From NCBI GenBank assembly GCA_028534125.1, contig CM052817.1, positions 29,266,001 to 29,330,000 of the forward strand: a DNA stretch of 64,000 bases, read 5' to 3'. Positions 1 through 13,054 of this stretch are shown in pieces (the first letter of the stretch is position 1; the number at the start of each line of letters is the position of its first letter). Below the pieces are notes generated by a model that was not told where the DNA came from, searched no databases, and saw nothing but the letters and a program-made list of their open reading frames with translations. Position numbers and translations under genes: made by a program. The stretch is from Lama glama. Lineage: Eukaryota.

Positions 1-145
1 CTTTGCGTGTGTTCACATTTAATACTCACAACTCTATTTCCCTGTTTTTACGATGAGGAAACTGAGGCAGAAAGAAAGTAAATGATTTACCTCAGGTCAC
101 ACAGATATGGAGTAGGTAAGCTGGAATCTGAACCCAGGAAGGCTG
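1..145 (-). mobile_element. MIR SINE fragment
   Basis: MIR core in reverse: TTTTACGATGAGGAAACTGAGGC...GGTCACACAG...GAATCTGAACCCAGG. Confidence 0.85.
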
Positions 146-1139
146 GTTACACTGGTACAGTTGATACCCAGGCTATGGTGAGAGAAGCCTCTATTCTAGT
201 TTCTAGTTCCAGTTCTCATGAGACCCGGATATACTTTGTTTCTTGTCTTTGGATTTTTGTGAGGGTTGAGGGTCTATGGTACATGATAACAGCCTTTTTT
301 AGTTGAGCTAATTTAAATATATTTCAATGTGTTTCATCCAAAATAGCTTTAGTGAAACTTGCCAATTTCCTTTTTAAAGAAAGTTCTGATGTGATCTCTT
401 ATTGCAACACCTTTTCCACCATTTTTGTCTGTTGAAACTGCGCTAATACTTCCCAGTCTAACTCAAGTGCTGCTTATTTGTGCTTTTCTGAATTCCAGCC
501 CCCAGTAAGCATGGCTTTTTCTTCCTCTTTTGTTTTTCTTAGTTCACATCTTATTCTATTTAAGGACTTGAGACATTTTACTTGTGATATTTTAAGTTCT
601 ATACCTATTTTCCACATCAGTTTGACCCATATGAAATTGTCAACCCTCAAGTATTTTAAATTTACTAAAATGGCAGCTTCATGTTATTCAGTTTAATATG
701 TTGGAAAAACAACTGACTGGCAGGTGGGTATCTTAGTGACCTTTGTATCCTGAATATCTATAGATGGTGAGGTCTCAGTAAATTTTAAGGGAATTAGGTG
801 CTTCTTGAGTATTACAGAATTTTAGTAATTTGACAGAATTTTCCCCAAATATTTTCCTGGGGATAATAAAATGTTTAAAAGAATAAACGTCTCCTATATT
901 TGTGTCCTTTTCCAAAAAACCCTAAAAATAGTTACTCAGTGCTTTTGTGTGTGGATAACCACAATTGGAGACTAATTTCACTGTAAAAAATAAAACAAGC
1001 TCACATTTACTAAAAGTACATTCATTAGGATTTTTGAATTATTTTCTAGTCATATCCAGTCAGATGGGTCAGAATATTATGAATAAACAACATCTCCATC
1101 CCCAAAGTTTGTGGGATGGTAAGGGACCACATATAGATG

Positions 1140-1650
1140 CAGTTCTTTGGAAGGTCAAAAGAATGGATCTATACCAGGCAGTTATCATGGGAAATTTCAC
1201 CGGGAAGTGGCTGAGTAGGACTTAGAACAAGAAGGAATATGGGATGTTGCAGAGTGAACACAGAGTTAGAGAAAGCCTGGGTGCCCTGCATGTGGACCAT
1301 GCAGGTAGAGTACACGGGATGTACAGTGAGTTGGGGGAAGTGACAGAAGGATTATCTGAACATTTAAGTAGGGTATTAATATTGCCAGACTTGTGCTTTC
1401 TAAAGGTTAACAAAAAATCAGGAATTACAAGAGAATGTAGAAACTGCTGACTTAAATGAAGAAACCACTCTGGCTGTGTTGCAAAGGCTGATGGAAAAAA
1501 CCACTGAGGGGACCAGGTGGGAGATTACTGCTGTGATCTGAGCAAGCATGACAAGGACCTTGAGTAAGGATGTTGCCAGTTAAAATCAGTAGAACAATGG
1601 ATTCAACTCATATAGGAAAACAAAATTAATCAACAGGAATTGGAAATCAG
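1140..1650 (-). mobile_element. Degenerate L2 LINE fragment
   Basis: Purine-rich L2-like motifs (ACCACTCTGGCTGTG, GGGACCAGGTGGGAGATTACTGC); boundaries approximate. Confidence 0.5.
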
Positions 1651-2614
1651 TCAGAGGCTGGGGGTAATCGCATTTGTGTTTCCTGTCAATTGTATCTTAA
1701 GTAAATTATTTAGAGGAGGCCTGGATCATTTTGAGCTCAACTTAATTGTGAATGATGCTTGCAACAAAGTCCTTTGTGAATTGAATACTTTATTCAAAAT
1801 ATATACACATAGCCGAGAATAAATTGTAGCTTCTCCAGAGGTACTCTTTTGATTGAAGTTCCATATAAATTAAACATTTCATCATGATGAGCAAAACACA
1901 CTTCAAATTAAAACATGCAATAATATTAATTAAACAGAAGAAAGTTGTAAACTGACATTGGCAAACATCTTCACCTTCATTTATTTTTGTGAAACTGCAT
2001 TATTAATGTTCCTTCTAAAAATAAAAGATTAAATAGCATTTTGTCATTAAAAAAATGTATGCCTGGCCTTCTGTTGCCAGAGAAAGTGATTTTATCACTG
2101 TTATGAGGCACAAGCTGAGAATGATGAGAGAGGTTTATTTTGTCAGCCTCATGTACTTTTTTTGGTACCAGTATTATGAGATAATAAGAGAAAGGTGTTT
2201 TAAAATATCTTTATATTTTTGCCCTTTCATTTAGTTGAGGTAGGACAGATTTAAAGAGGTTAAAAACTTAATTTCTTTACAGGTGTTAAAGAATAATTAA
2301 AAATATTTACTGCAGTGTTATGCAAAAAGTTTCCAATCATGAAATGTGTATTATAAATCATTGGGGGAAAGGAAGTACTTTTTTTAAAGCATAAAATCAT
2401 ACAATCATAAATCTCATACAAATGAAAGATACACTGATGTCAAGTTCATTAGAGAGTAAGTTCAGAGGAGAATTTAAAGAATACACACATATGTAGGCAA
2501 TCAAGAGTGTTGAATGTGTTTACAAATAGATGCAAAACTGGTCCATATATATAGGGGAAGTAATTGCAATCACTGGGCAAATTCACTTGTATGACTATCA
2601 GCTTTCTATATCTT

Positions 2615-2957
2615 TTTAAATTTTTTTATTGAAGTATAGTTGATTTACAGCGTTAGCTTCAGGTGTACAGCAAAGTGATTTATTTATACATATACGTACA
2701 TATATATTCTTTCTCATGTTATTTTTCATTATTGGTTATTACAAGAAATTGAATATAGTCCCCTGTGCTGTACAGTAGTAGGTCCTTTTTGGTTATCTAC
2801 TTTATATATAGTAACGTATATCTATAAATCCCAAACTCCTAATTTATCCCTCCCCCACTTCCCCTTTGGTGACCATAGTTTGTTTTTAACATCCTTGAGT
2901 CTATTCCTGGTTTGTAAATAAAATTTGAATTTTTTTTTTTTAGATTCCATTTGTAAA
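2615..2957 (-). mobile_element. 5'-truncated lineage-specific L1 (3'UTR with poly-A)
   Basis: TTTTTTATTGAAGTATAGTTGATTTACA... L1 3' terminus in reverse; perfect 13-bp TSD CTTTCTATATCTT at 2602-2614 and 2958-2970. Confidence 0.92.
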
Positions 2958-3199
2958 CTTTCTATATCTTAACAGTTTAAAAATAGCTCAGAGATAAGAG
3001 GCACATGTGTCACCCATTTTAGTCTTTTACAATTTTTCTTGACATAGGAAAAGATCATGATGGAAATGAAAATCTGAGAAGCACATGGTCAAAGAGATGA
3101 CAGGTACCACAGCTTTCAATGAATCTCCTTTCCTTGCTCGCAGGTCTGCAGTACATCTTAAGGCCAAGTTCAGTTTTGAGTAGAATAGACACTTATCAC

Positions 3200-3500
3200 A
3201 CTGTTCATTTCATCAAAAGCTCTGTATTGAGAATTTAATGAATGCCAGTTGCTGAGTGACTGCTTATTGGTACTGTACCAGTATAGAAAGAATACCATGC
3301 CTGCCTTCATGGAGCCTACATTCTAGAAGGGAATACGGACAAGTAGCCATGCAATCTTATTATGTGATAAGAGCAGGGTGGTGGATCAGTGAAGTTTCTT
3401 AGAGTAAATAAACTTACACAAACATTTGAAAAATCAGTGGGAATTATGCTGGTCACTAAGATAAAGGAGGTAAGAAGCATTCCAGACAGAGGGGATATGT
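3200..3500 (-). mobile_element. L2 3' fragment
   Basis: CCTGCCTTCATGGAGCCTACATTCTAG and GCATTCCAGACAGAGG L2 motifs. Confidence 0.7.
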
Positions 3501-3667
3501 GGCAGATGGGCCGGGGTATGTGAGCTCCAAGACTTTGAGAAGTTTACAGAACTTCAGCACCCCACAGCTCATTTAGTGCTTCCCAGTCATGCTGCTGGTT
3601 TGGCACACGTGTACTACAAAGGCTAGAAGGAAATTTCAAATGTCACTTGCCATTTTTCTGTATCTGA

Positions 3668-3895
3668 ATTTTTTTTTTAAACTTCCTTCCTTGTTCTTTT
3701 CTTTCTCATTTTTCCCTTTTGTGGTTTGATGATTTTCTTTTGCATTATGCTTGCGTTCTTTTCTTTTTGTTTTTTGTGACTCTATTGTATATTTTTGATT
3801 TGAGGTTCAAGTATGTTAACCTATTACTATATCTACTTGGTTTAGACTGGTAATCAGTTAGGCTCAAATATATTCTAAAGAGAAAGAAAAACATC
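3668..3895 (-). mobile_element. L1 fragment resembling the inter-ORF region
   Basis: Reverse strand reads AAAGAAAATCATCAAACCACAAAAGGG, resembling the laurasiatherian L1 spacer; T-run at left end; GCCATTTT on both sides. Confidence 0.55.
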
Positions 3896-4716
3896 GCCAT
3901 TTTCTTTTAACTTCCAAATTACAATGATTTCTATAATATATCTTAGTGGTGAAACAATTTAGGGAAATAATCCAAACATTTAGAATTTAGGACTAGTTAA
4001 ATTTCAATTTTTTCATATTGGCCTCTCCTTTTCATCAGTCTTTTCAGTTCTTCCCCAGGTCCCTTAGTCCCTCCACCCAATGGCCAATTAACTCCTCTTT
4101 TAAGTAGAAAGAGCTTCCTTTTTTTTTCTGGGCAGAGACTATTTTTGCATCCCTCTGTGTTTTTACAAAAGTAGCAGTGTAAGAGAGTTCATTTATTCAC
4201 ATAGCTCACAACGCAGTAAGAAAATAATCAGTTCAGGTTAATGTTGCAATGGAGTAAATGTAGAAGCTGCAATTTTAACCATAGAAATAATATGAAATAA
4301 TAAAACTCCACTTTTCACAGTGGAGAGCTAGGTACATCCAAGTTCACATACTATATTTGTATGAAATCTCTCAGGCCATTTTTTTGTTTGTTCATTGCTT
4401 TGGGATTTTAAAACTGTTTTGATACACTTGGTAATGTATTTATTCAGATGATAGCAAATTAAAAATCAGAGATTATGAAAGTTAGGTAGATAGTAAGTAG
4501 ATTAGCAGGTAGGTTAAACTATGGGAAAGAGTGCAAAAAAAGAAACTATTACAGTATACTGCAGCAATTTATAGCTGCAATTATATCCTTAATCCAAGGA
4601 AAGAGTAATTATTTTCAGTATCTTCTATTTAAGGAAAATGTTTAATTTAAAAAAATATAAAATGTATTACATTGTTGAATAAAAAAGTAAGTACATAAAG
4701 AATTAAGCTTTTTTTC

Positions 4717-5097
4717 TGCAGCAACATGGATGGACCTGGAGATGGTCATTCTAAGTGAAGTAAGCCAGAAAGATGATATCACTTATGTGTGATATGATAT
4801 CACTTACATGTGGAATCTTAAAAAAAAAATGACACAAATGAACTTCTCTACAAAACAAAAACACTCAGACATAGGGAACAAACTTATGGTTGCCAGGAGG
4901 AAAAAGGATAGAAAGTGATAAATTGAAAATTCAAAATTTGCGCCTCTAGGGGAGTGATGGAAATGTTTGCTGTCTTGCTTGTGGTCGTGGTTTCACTGAT
5001 TTATACATCTGTGAAAATTTATCAAATTGTTCATCTGAAATATGTGTAGTTTACTGTACAGGAATCATACCATAATAAAGGTGTTAAAAAAAAAAAA
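4717..5097 (+). mobile_element. 5'-truncated L1 (ORF2 end + composite 3'UTR + poly-A)
   Basis: TGCAGCAACATGGATGGACCTGGAG...CTAAGTGAAGTAAGCCAGA (ORF2 C-terminal region), AATAAA and terminal A-run. Confidence 0.88.
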
Positions 5098-5801
5098 GAA
5101 GCCTTAGCTGTCTTGATAATTACATTGGTAATACCTCCTAATTCTCTAAAGGTGGCCAGTCATATGTGATTTAATAGGACTCTTGTTATTAATAGTGTAA
5201 AAAGGCTTAATATATTAGAGAGCAAAGTTAGACAGTTCTTCGGTAAAGGGGTGAAGGATCCTGAGGAGAAACCAAGGACACAGGACGATATTCATGTTAA
5301 GAGAGTAAATAAGGAAGCCACTAGGAAGAAAAACGTAGCAATGGTAACTGGGGTTTCACCCATCCCTCACACAGATTTGGAAACGGTTTGTTGCTCTCCT
5401 TTGAAGAAGATCCAAATAAACAGTCAGCAATGATCAAAGGGACTTCGCTCTTCTGGCAGGTGGCCCCTACAGCAGATTGCTTTGTAAGTGTGCAGGAGAT
5501 TGCTTTGTGCTGAAAAGGGGTGATGTCTTGGAGAGGATGAGTGTGTTGGAGTTCCATGGTGATATGGTCCCCATGGGGAGAGCTGTAGGCGGTGAATGGC
5601 ACTAGCCTACACTTTACGTGTTTGATCAATGTTATGTCATATTTTCTGTTAAATTTAAAATCTGTAAATCTGTGTGAAAAATATGAGTCTGGCATTTCAG
5701 ATATTCCCAGGCGAGCTAAGGAAATGGAATGTGGCCCCATTGCTCTCTGTCTGCTTTCAACCTCGCATTATTTTTCTTCATAACTTCATGTTCTGATAAG
5801 G

Positions 5802-6285
5802 GGAGGTAGGCAGAACAATGGCCCCCAAAGATGCCCACATCCTAATCTTCAGAACCTACGAACGTGGTATCTTATATGGCAAAAAGATATGTCACAGATG
5901 TGATTAAGTTAAGGAGCTTGAGGTGGGCAGATTAGTTTGTATTATCTGGGTAAACCCAGTCTAATCCCATGGGGCCTTAAAAGCAGAGATAGCCTTTTCT
6001 CGCTGTAGTTGGAGGGAGATATGACTATGGAAAGATGATCCCAGGGGTGCAACGTTGTTTTCTATGGAGATGGATGAAGGAGCCCATGTGGGAATTTTCT
6101 AGAAACAGGAAAGACAAGAAAACTTACTCCAAGGGCTTCCAAAAAGGAATGTAGCTCTGCCAACACCTTGATCTTAGCCCAGTGAGGTCTGTGTTGAAAT
6201 TTTAGCCTAAAGAACTATAGGATAATAAACTTGTGTTAAGTTTGTGATAATTTGTTATAGCAGCAATAGTGGACTCTAACATACA
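5802..6285 (+). mobile_element. MaLR solo LTR (MLT1D/E-like)
   Basis: Starts GGTAGGCAGAACAATGGCCCCCAAAGATG; contains GCCAACACCTTGAT and AATAAA; ends TTTGTTATAGCAGCAATAG...ATACA. Confidence 0.88.
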
Positions 6286-6919
6286 ATATGTACTTTTCTC
6301 ATTGTCTGCCACCCTACTCCCCATACATACACAATAAAGTATAAACCTCAAGAGGACATGAAACATCTATTTTTTTCAGTCCTCTCTCCCTGGGATATTT
6401 TGAAATGTAGCAGATGTGCTATAAATACTCACGGAATGAATGGGTGATTAAGTGTAAGAAAACTATTTGAATAGGATTTATGAAATTTTTCTCCAATAAA
6501 TGTGTTAAAATAACAATAATAGGTGATGCATTCTTAAAATTTTGAAGCACTTTTGTCTGCTACTTGAGCTTCAAAAAACCTTCTACCATGTTTTACAAAT
6601 GTGGAAATAGATTTTCACAAGCATTGAGAAAAGTACCCATATTTTTACTATTAACTCATCAAGACTAGCAGCACCCTAACATTTTAAAGGCAATTTAAGT
6701 GTGTAGAAACCATATAAATATCATATGACTTGATAAAGCTAAGAAACTGAGAGATTTCATGTAAGGAAGACAGCTCACATTTCAGAGGTGCTTCACAAAG
6801 TGGTATGATTTGAGGTCATTTCTGCAGTTCAGGGCTTTGGCTCTGGCCTTGCCTTTACAAATCTAGACAAGGGGTGCAGTTGTTACATTTGGAAATGATC
6901 AGGTTCTCAAGGGACAAGC

Positions 6920-7770
6920 CTCATTCGTTCATTGAATAGTATTGCTGAGTGCTTTCTATGTGCTAGGTGTTGGTCTAGGTACTGAGGATACAGCCACATA
7001 CGAAGTAGATGAAAAGTCCAGCCCTCATGAAAACCCATTCTAGTGGGGGAGGTAGACAATAAAATAATTAAACTATAAAGTACAGGTGTCCTCCACTTTC
7101 TGAAAGTTTTCTTCACACCACTTCACTTTTAGAAAAGATCTACACGCACACCTGTTGTCACTAATGGAAAGAATTCCGAAGACGATTTTCGTTTTTCCAA
7201 AAACAGGTGAAAAGTGAAAATAGCCTCCGGCGTTTGTTTTGCATGGAGCTTTTATAGAGGCAGCACACACCTCAAACAGAGAGGGTGGCACCGCCAAGCT
7301 CCCTCCTGGGAACTACACTCGGCATCTCAGCGTCAAGCTGCCATCGCTATGAACTGTGCCTGTGAGCATCTGTGATTTATCTCAGCTGATTTTGTGCATC
7401 TGTTAGCAAGATGTGTCCTAAGGAAATTGCTGCTTCGCTTTCTGCCATTTCGGCCTAGGAAAGGCTTCACAGGAATGCTCCTACTTTCAGACAGTGGGAG
7501 AAATCTGTATGTTACACGGTGATTAGATCTGTGGAGGAAAGTATGACAGGACAAGTTAAATAGGGAGCATTTGTGTTTCTTTTATAAGGAGGATGTCTAG
7601 GGAAATCTTCAATGGGCAGGTGAAATTAAACAAGGCTTAAGGAGGGTTACCATTTGGACGAAGCAAGAGGGTGAGCTATGAAACTCTGGGGGAAAAGTAT
7701 TCCAGGCAATGGAAACAGTAAATGAAAAGCCTTGAGACAGGGCTAACCTGATGTATTTGAGGACTTGCAC
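6920..7770 (-). mobile_element. L2 3' region interrupted by a Tigger-type MITE
   Basis: CATTCGTTCATTGAATAGTATTGCTGAGTGC...GCCCTCATGAAACCCATTCTAGTGGGG; resumes after 7510 with ATTCCAGGCAATGGAAACAG. Confidence 0.8.
7083..7507. mobile_element. TcMar-Tigger non-autonomous DNA transposon (MITE), 425 bp
   Basis: Imperfect 25-bp terminal inverted repeats CAGGTGTCCTCCACTTTCTGAAAGT / ACTTTCAGACAGTGGGAGAAATCTG flanked by TA on both sides. Confidence 0.88.
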
Positions 7771-8702
7771 GATGATTTCATATTTATGGTACTTTAATTT
7801 AATTTTAATGGAAAAATTTGAACTTTATTGAAGACCTCTAAACCAGACAGTGTAGCATGACCAGAAGAAGTACTTTCCAATTTAGTATGTCCAAATGTTT
7901 CAGTTTTTCAGTTGGATCTGGGACTATTGTTTACTTACTGAGTTTTAACTGACTTCTCCACATTTGTTGGTATTCTGGGATGCTTGGACCAAAAGTAGTA
8001 TTAAATGATCTATCAACAGAAAGGCCATTTTTTGTCATCTTCTTAGGATTACTTCATCCTCAGTGATGAGGAGACCTCTAAGAGAATGGCCTGAATGTTC
8101 TAGATACACCTATGACCCTTTGAGGTCTGTCATGTGAGATCTGAAGGAAGTGAAATCATCCTTGTTCCAGGTCTTCATTTTGAGAGATAATGATCCAAGT
8201 CAAATGAGTATTCTGTGAGTCAAGTGTACATGCCATCATTTTCTTATTTATATATCTGAATCATTCAATTCTATCACAAAAAGCAATGATTTCATTTGGA
8301 CACAATGTGAAATGAAGTAAAAGAAAAAATTCCAGGGTATTCCACAATAATCAATTCTTCCTTCTCATGAGGGTGAGGTCTTCTTCTCGATAAGGTTCTG
8401 GCTCTGTAATTTTGACTTTGCTGGTGTGCATGGAGTGGCCAAATGTCAATACAGGGGTGCGTCACTGGGGTTAGGGAGGACATATTTTGAATTATTGAGT
8501 AATTAAATAAAATGATACTGTGTATCTTATAATGGCAGTTATAACTGTCCAGTGACCATACCTATCACCTTTGCCTGGAAGATTGGCTTACTAATGGAAA
8601 GGTTCCTTAGGCATGGAATCAAATCAAGATCAGATAGCATGTCAAGAGAAATATTTCATCCTGGACAAATGTACTTTCTGTGTCCCAAGTATGTATCCTG
8701 TG

Positions 8703-8840
8703 CACTCATTCGTTCATTCCTTCATTTGATGACTATTTTCTGAGCATCAGCTTAACACCAGGCACTCTTTTCTGAGCTAAGGATATGACAATGAAGAAAG
8801 CAGAAGTCTGTATCTTCATGAACCTTATACTCCAGTAGGT
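8703..8840 (-). mobile_element. L2 3' end fragment
   Basis: CATTCGTTCATTCCTTCATT...CCAGGCACT...CTTCATGAACCTTATACTCCAGT. Confidence 0.7.
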
Positions 8841-11030
8841 TTTGGTTGTTAAAATAAATGCTTTCATTTCAGGTTATTAGTTGGATTCTACAGTGTCTCT
8901 GTGACTTGGGCAGTGCTGAATAGATAAATATATTTCTGCTTGGTCCCCTCTTTCAGAGTTGTTATGAAGACAATTGATTGTATTTTAACTTACCCAAATC
9001 TTTTACATTCCATTTATTTCTGTTACGCTTTAGCTGTTTATACACATACATGTCCAAGCTCATGTGCTCCTACACTTTCTCAATTACTCATATATTGATA
9101 GCTTTTTTAGGATGTATTCTTTCTAAAGAGGTCAGCTCTTATCTGCTATGGTAAAAATATCCTTTTAAAACTGGAAACAGAATTTATAGGCATTGTAAAA
9201 CTTCAAAATAGAGAGTGTATAAGATAGAAAATAAAATCTGCTTCCCCATCCCCTTATTTCTCTCACCTGGTTCTCTGGCTAATTTCTCTCCTTAGAAATG
9301 GGAACTGTCTTTCCATATTCCTCCTCCAAACACACCTCTTTTTTCCCCAAAACAAAAATCCTACAATACATTTTTTAAAAAAAAATTCCCTAACAGTTTA
9401 ACCATTGCTTGACTCTTTTTGGAGTATAGAAATATTCTCATTTATTAAATATATGTTTATGTCTATATTCACGTGTTAACACCTTTTTCTATTCCATTAT
9501 AAAGATAAAAGAAGGAAGGAATAATTCTCAATACAAAAACTTTATAGTTCTCTGGTAACAATTATATGTGATTTTTAAATATGTATAGCTTCTCTAGATC
9601 AGATTATTTTAACTAATTTTCTGTGCCTTGAATTTTATTTTTACTTTATGTAATTTGTTAAAGTAGACTTTTAAAATTTTTAGTTACTTGATGTAATTAA
9701 CTTTACATGAGTTGTATATAGTTACCAAATTGGTTCAGTAGGTTTCAGAATTGCAAATAGCTGTCCGATATTATGAGCTAAATGAAGCTTATGCAGACTC
9801 TCAAATAAAGGTCTTAGAAATGTAAGCAGTGAGAACTATTTGGCCATGGCACAGATGTTCTGATCATTCCAGGAATCGTGTCTTTAATTAAATTTGTTCT
9901 CTAGTGCCAGTTCAAAAACTTTGTTTTTCACACAAAACCCCAATTATACAGGCAAAAGATGTTCATGCTTCAATGAGTTGAAAGTCAAGAAGAAAAATGT
10001 TACAGAATTAATGCAAGCTTTTTATTCAAACATTGTTGTTACTGTGCTATAATAGAGAAACATTCTGTTATTGCCAATATTGACGTGTACGGATGACCAC
10101 AATAAATGGGGGAAGGAGTTAAAATTCTTTATTCTAAAATTAGGTAATTTAAGGGTATCAAACGCATGTTTTTTACTAGAAGATAAAAATATCTCTAGAA
10201 AGTCAGTTTATTTGGAGACAATAAAATACCATTCAAACCAAATGGAAATTAAAATTTACACCAAGTTTTGAATATACTAACATTTTGTATTTTTTCCGTC
10301 TATTTATCAAGATCGGCTTATACAGCATGCTATTTTACCATTTGAATTTGTGTTTTAGGTAACAGAAATTCTCCTCACATTTGCATCACTTACACTTTTC
10401 ATTCAGATACCCTAAGGCTTTTAGAGAAGATCAAATAAATTGAAAAGCAAGTAACATTTGTATGCTTTGATCCAGAATTAATACTATGAAAGGCAGAGTA
10501 GACAGAAAAATTCTATTTATTTAATGTAATGTGAACAAAAAGGCTGAAGACATTGTCCCTAAAGCAGTCATCAGTGATGTCCATCAAACTTACACAATAC
10601 AGCTCTGTATACAGTTGTCCCAAAGCATATGAATGGACATTTAAAAATTATAAATATTAAACTCAAATTATTCCTTGGACCATTTACTAAAGAATTAGAA
10701 ATTCTGATTGCAGTAGTGAATTTTATTAAATAATATTACAATTCTATAAAATCTTGGGCCTTTTCATTTACATGGTTTTATGTAAGGAATTTTCCAGAAA
10801 GGTAAAAATAAAAATTTAAGAAAAAAGATATAAATACTTTGCAAAAAGGAGAATATTTCACTGTTTTTAAAAAATTCCTTGACACAAAAATAATTATTCA
10901 GTTATGTTTGTAAATCCAGTTCTGTTAGATTAATACTTTGCCATTTTTATTCTTTTAAGGATTTTAGAATGGTTGAAATCTTATAACTTCTTTGAGCCAA
11001 TGTACTGAGGTTTCTTTGTGCTCCAGTTCA

Positions 11031-11055
11031 TGTGTGTGTGTGTGTGTGTGTGTGT
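11031..11055. repeat. (TG)12 microsatellite
   Basis: Direct inspection. Confidence 0.95.
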
Positions 11056-12639
11056 ATAAATGTATACAAACACAATATACTTCTATATATTATAAACACA
11101 CTGTGAGAGAGAGATCTTTCTATTGCCATGAGCTTGAAAACCTTGAAGGAGGACCTTCTTCATGCATAACATTTCCTCAGGGCAACACAGGCAAATGCCC
11201 AGTTTCTCTAAAACTGTCTAGAAAAGTTCAAATAGAAATTCAAGTCAGATGAATCTGAGAAAAGTACAAGTTGGTGAATCTAACTTTTGAATCTATGTCA
11301 AATGATTGAAAGAGAACATCTCCAGGTGTCTGTTTCCAGAAACGATGCCATATTGTCCCCTTACCTCCCTTCCCTACTCCAGTTATGTGCTGCCCTGCAA
11401 TGAACATAAAATTTATCTTTCTTTTAAAATATATTCTCTATATTTGAGGATGGAGTAGGGCAAAATTAAAATGAAAACAACTTACTCTAATCCCCTAATG
11501 TTGGTGATCACAGCCCTAATTCTGTCCACATCAAAAGAAGAAATACGCTTATGAATAAAAGACTTGGTGGTGTTACTGACTCATTCCTTCAGTATCTTTT
11601 TGTGTGATTAAAGTGGGATTTCTAAATTTGCAATTGGGTTGTTTCTTGCTGTGAGTGGTAGGCTAGCCTTCCTGACAGCCCAGAAGCAAATGACCAAATA
11701 GCTCACAACCCCATGTGTAAGTGCAGTGGGAGGCTGGCGTCCTCAGCTGCCTGTAATTTTCTAACCCCTGATTTTCCATTCTCTGCTTAAACCACGTGCA
11801 TTTTCCCCCTGGATTTTGGAAATTTTCTGTGTTATTGGCACTGTTGCCTGCTCTAGCTTTGGAACCCTTGAAGAGAACAAGATCAATTGGCTCACAGAAT
11901 TTTAGGAAATCTTACTGACCTTCAAATGCTTGCTGATGTCATGGGAATGTTAACTGCCATCTCAGTTGCAGTGGTGATTTTACATAAATTAAATTCCTAC
12001 CCACTTTTCACAACAACTGTTCATTGAGTTCCCTCCAAACACCATATCAACCCCAGTAGGCATAGGATTATGATGGAAGACAAGAGGAACCGGCCTGCCA
12101 ACTGTAGCCTTCCTTTTCCACCCCGCCACCTTGCCTGTCATTTGGAGATGTGTGTCCTCGGTGGGTCTCATTTAAATTTTCCTTTCTTTGTTTTTGACTC
12201 ATGACATGTTATGACTTCAGTGTCAGTCTGTTAATGCTGAAACACCTCACAGATAGTTCTAGTTGCTTCTAGACTTAGGTCTTCCCCAATATCAGGCTAT
12301 GTCTTTATTCCTTATAGCCGAAGTATCACATATACAACCAAAAGAAATAGGGACTGTCTGTAGATACTGAAATTTATGAGGGAGCAAGGACAAGTACTTA
12401 TACACTAGAACAAAGAGAGAAGTTTGGGCTGTGGCTGTGGCTGGTTTTTAGACATTAGCAGTCCGCTTAGCTCTGTAGCTCTGTTGCCTTGGTTGGTACT
12501 TACTTTATTGTGCTTCAAGCTTGTTTGGGTGTCCCTTGTTCGAAATATACTCTAGTCTTTGTTCATTGCTACTGCCACTCTTAGAGCTCACTAACCATCC
12601 ATTCATGTAACTGGAGAAAGATACTTAGGTAAAAGCTTC

Positions 12640-13054
12640 CACAAAATTGACTCAAGTCCACATTCTTCTCTTTGCTTCTCTTTGGGGACATAGCTAGATA
12701 ATATTTCCCAATCTCATGTACCATCCGGTGTGGCCATGTGATGGCTTCGAGCTAAAAGATGATGAGTAGAAGAGATGTGAGCAATTCCAGCTCAAGCCTT
12801 TTATTTCATAACATACCTTCTCTTCACTCTCTTTCCTCTTCACTGACTAAATGCAAATGATGATGGGGCCCGAAGGGATAATGGAACTAAATTCAAGGAG
12901 CCTGGATCCTTGAACCACTTAGTGAAAAGAATCCAGTGCTGTCCAGGAACACCTCTTTGGATTGTTAATGTGAGCAAAAATTAAACTTCCATCATGACTG
13001 AGTCACTGTATATTTTGGAGACTATCTGTCATAGCAGTCAGCTTCCTCTAATAC
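12640..13054 (+). mobile_element. MaLR LTR (MLT1J-like)
   Basis: ATTTCCCA...GTGTGGCCATGTGA...GGAGCCTGGATCCTTGA...TGTCATAGCAG...CTAATACA. Confidence 0.75.

Noticed and set aside
5321..5740. 139-aa minus-strand ORF
   Set aside because: No recognisable domain or exon structure; this length is expected by chance in 64 kb.
7305..7335. GGGAACTACA ZNF143/THAP11-like promoter motif in a CpG-richer patch
   Set aside because: Lies inside the Tigger-type MITE, which explains the local composition.
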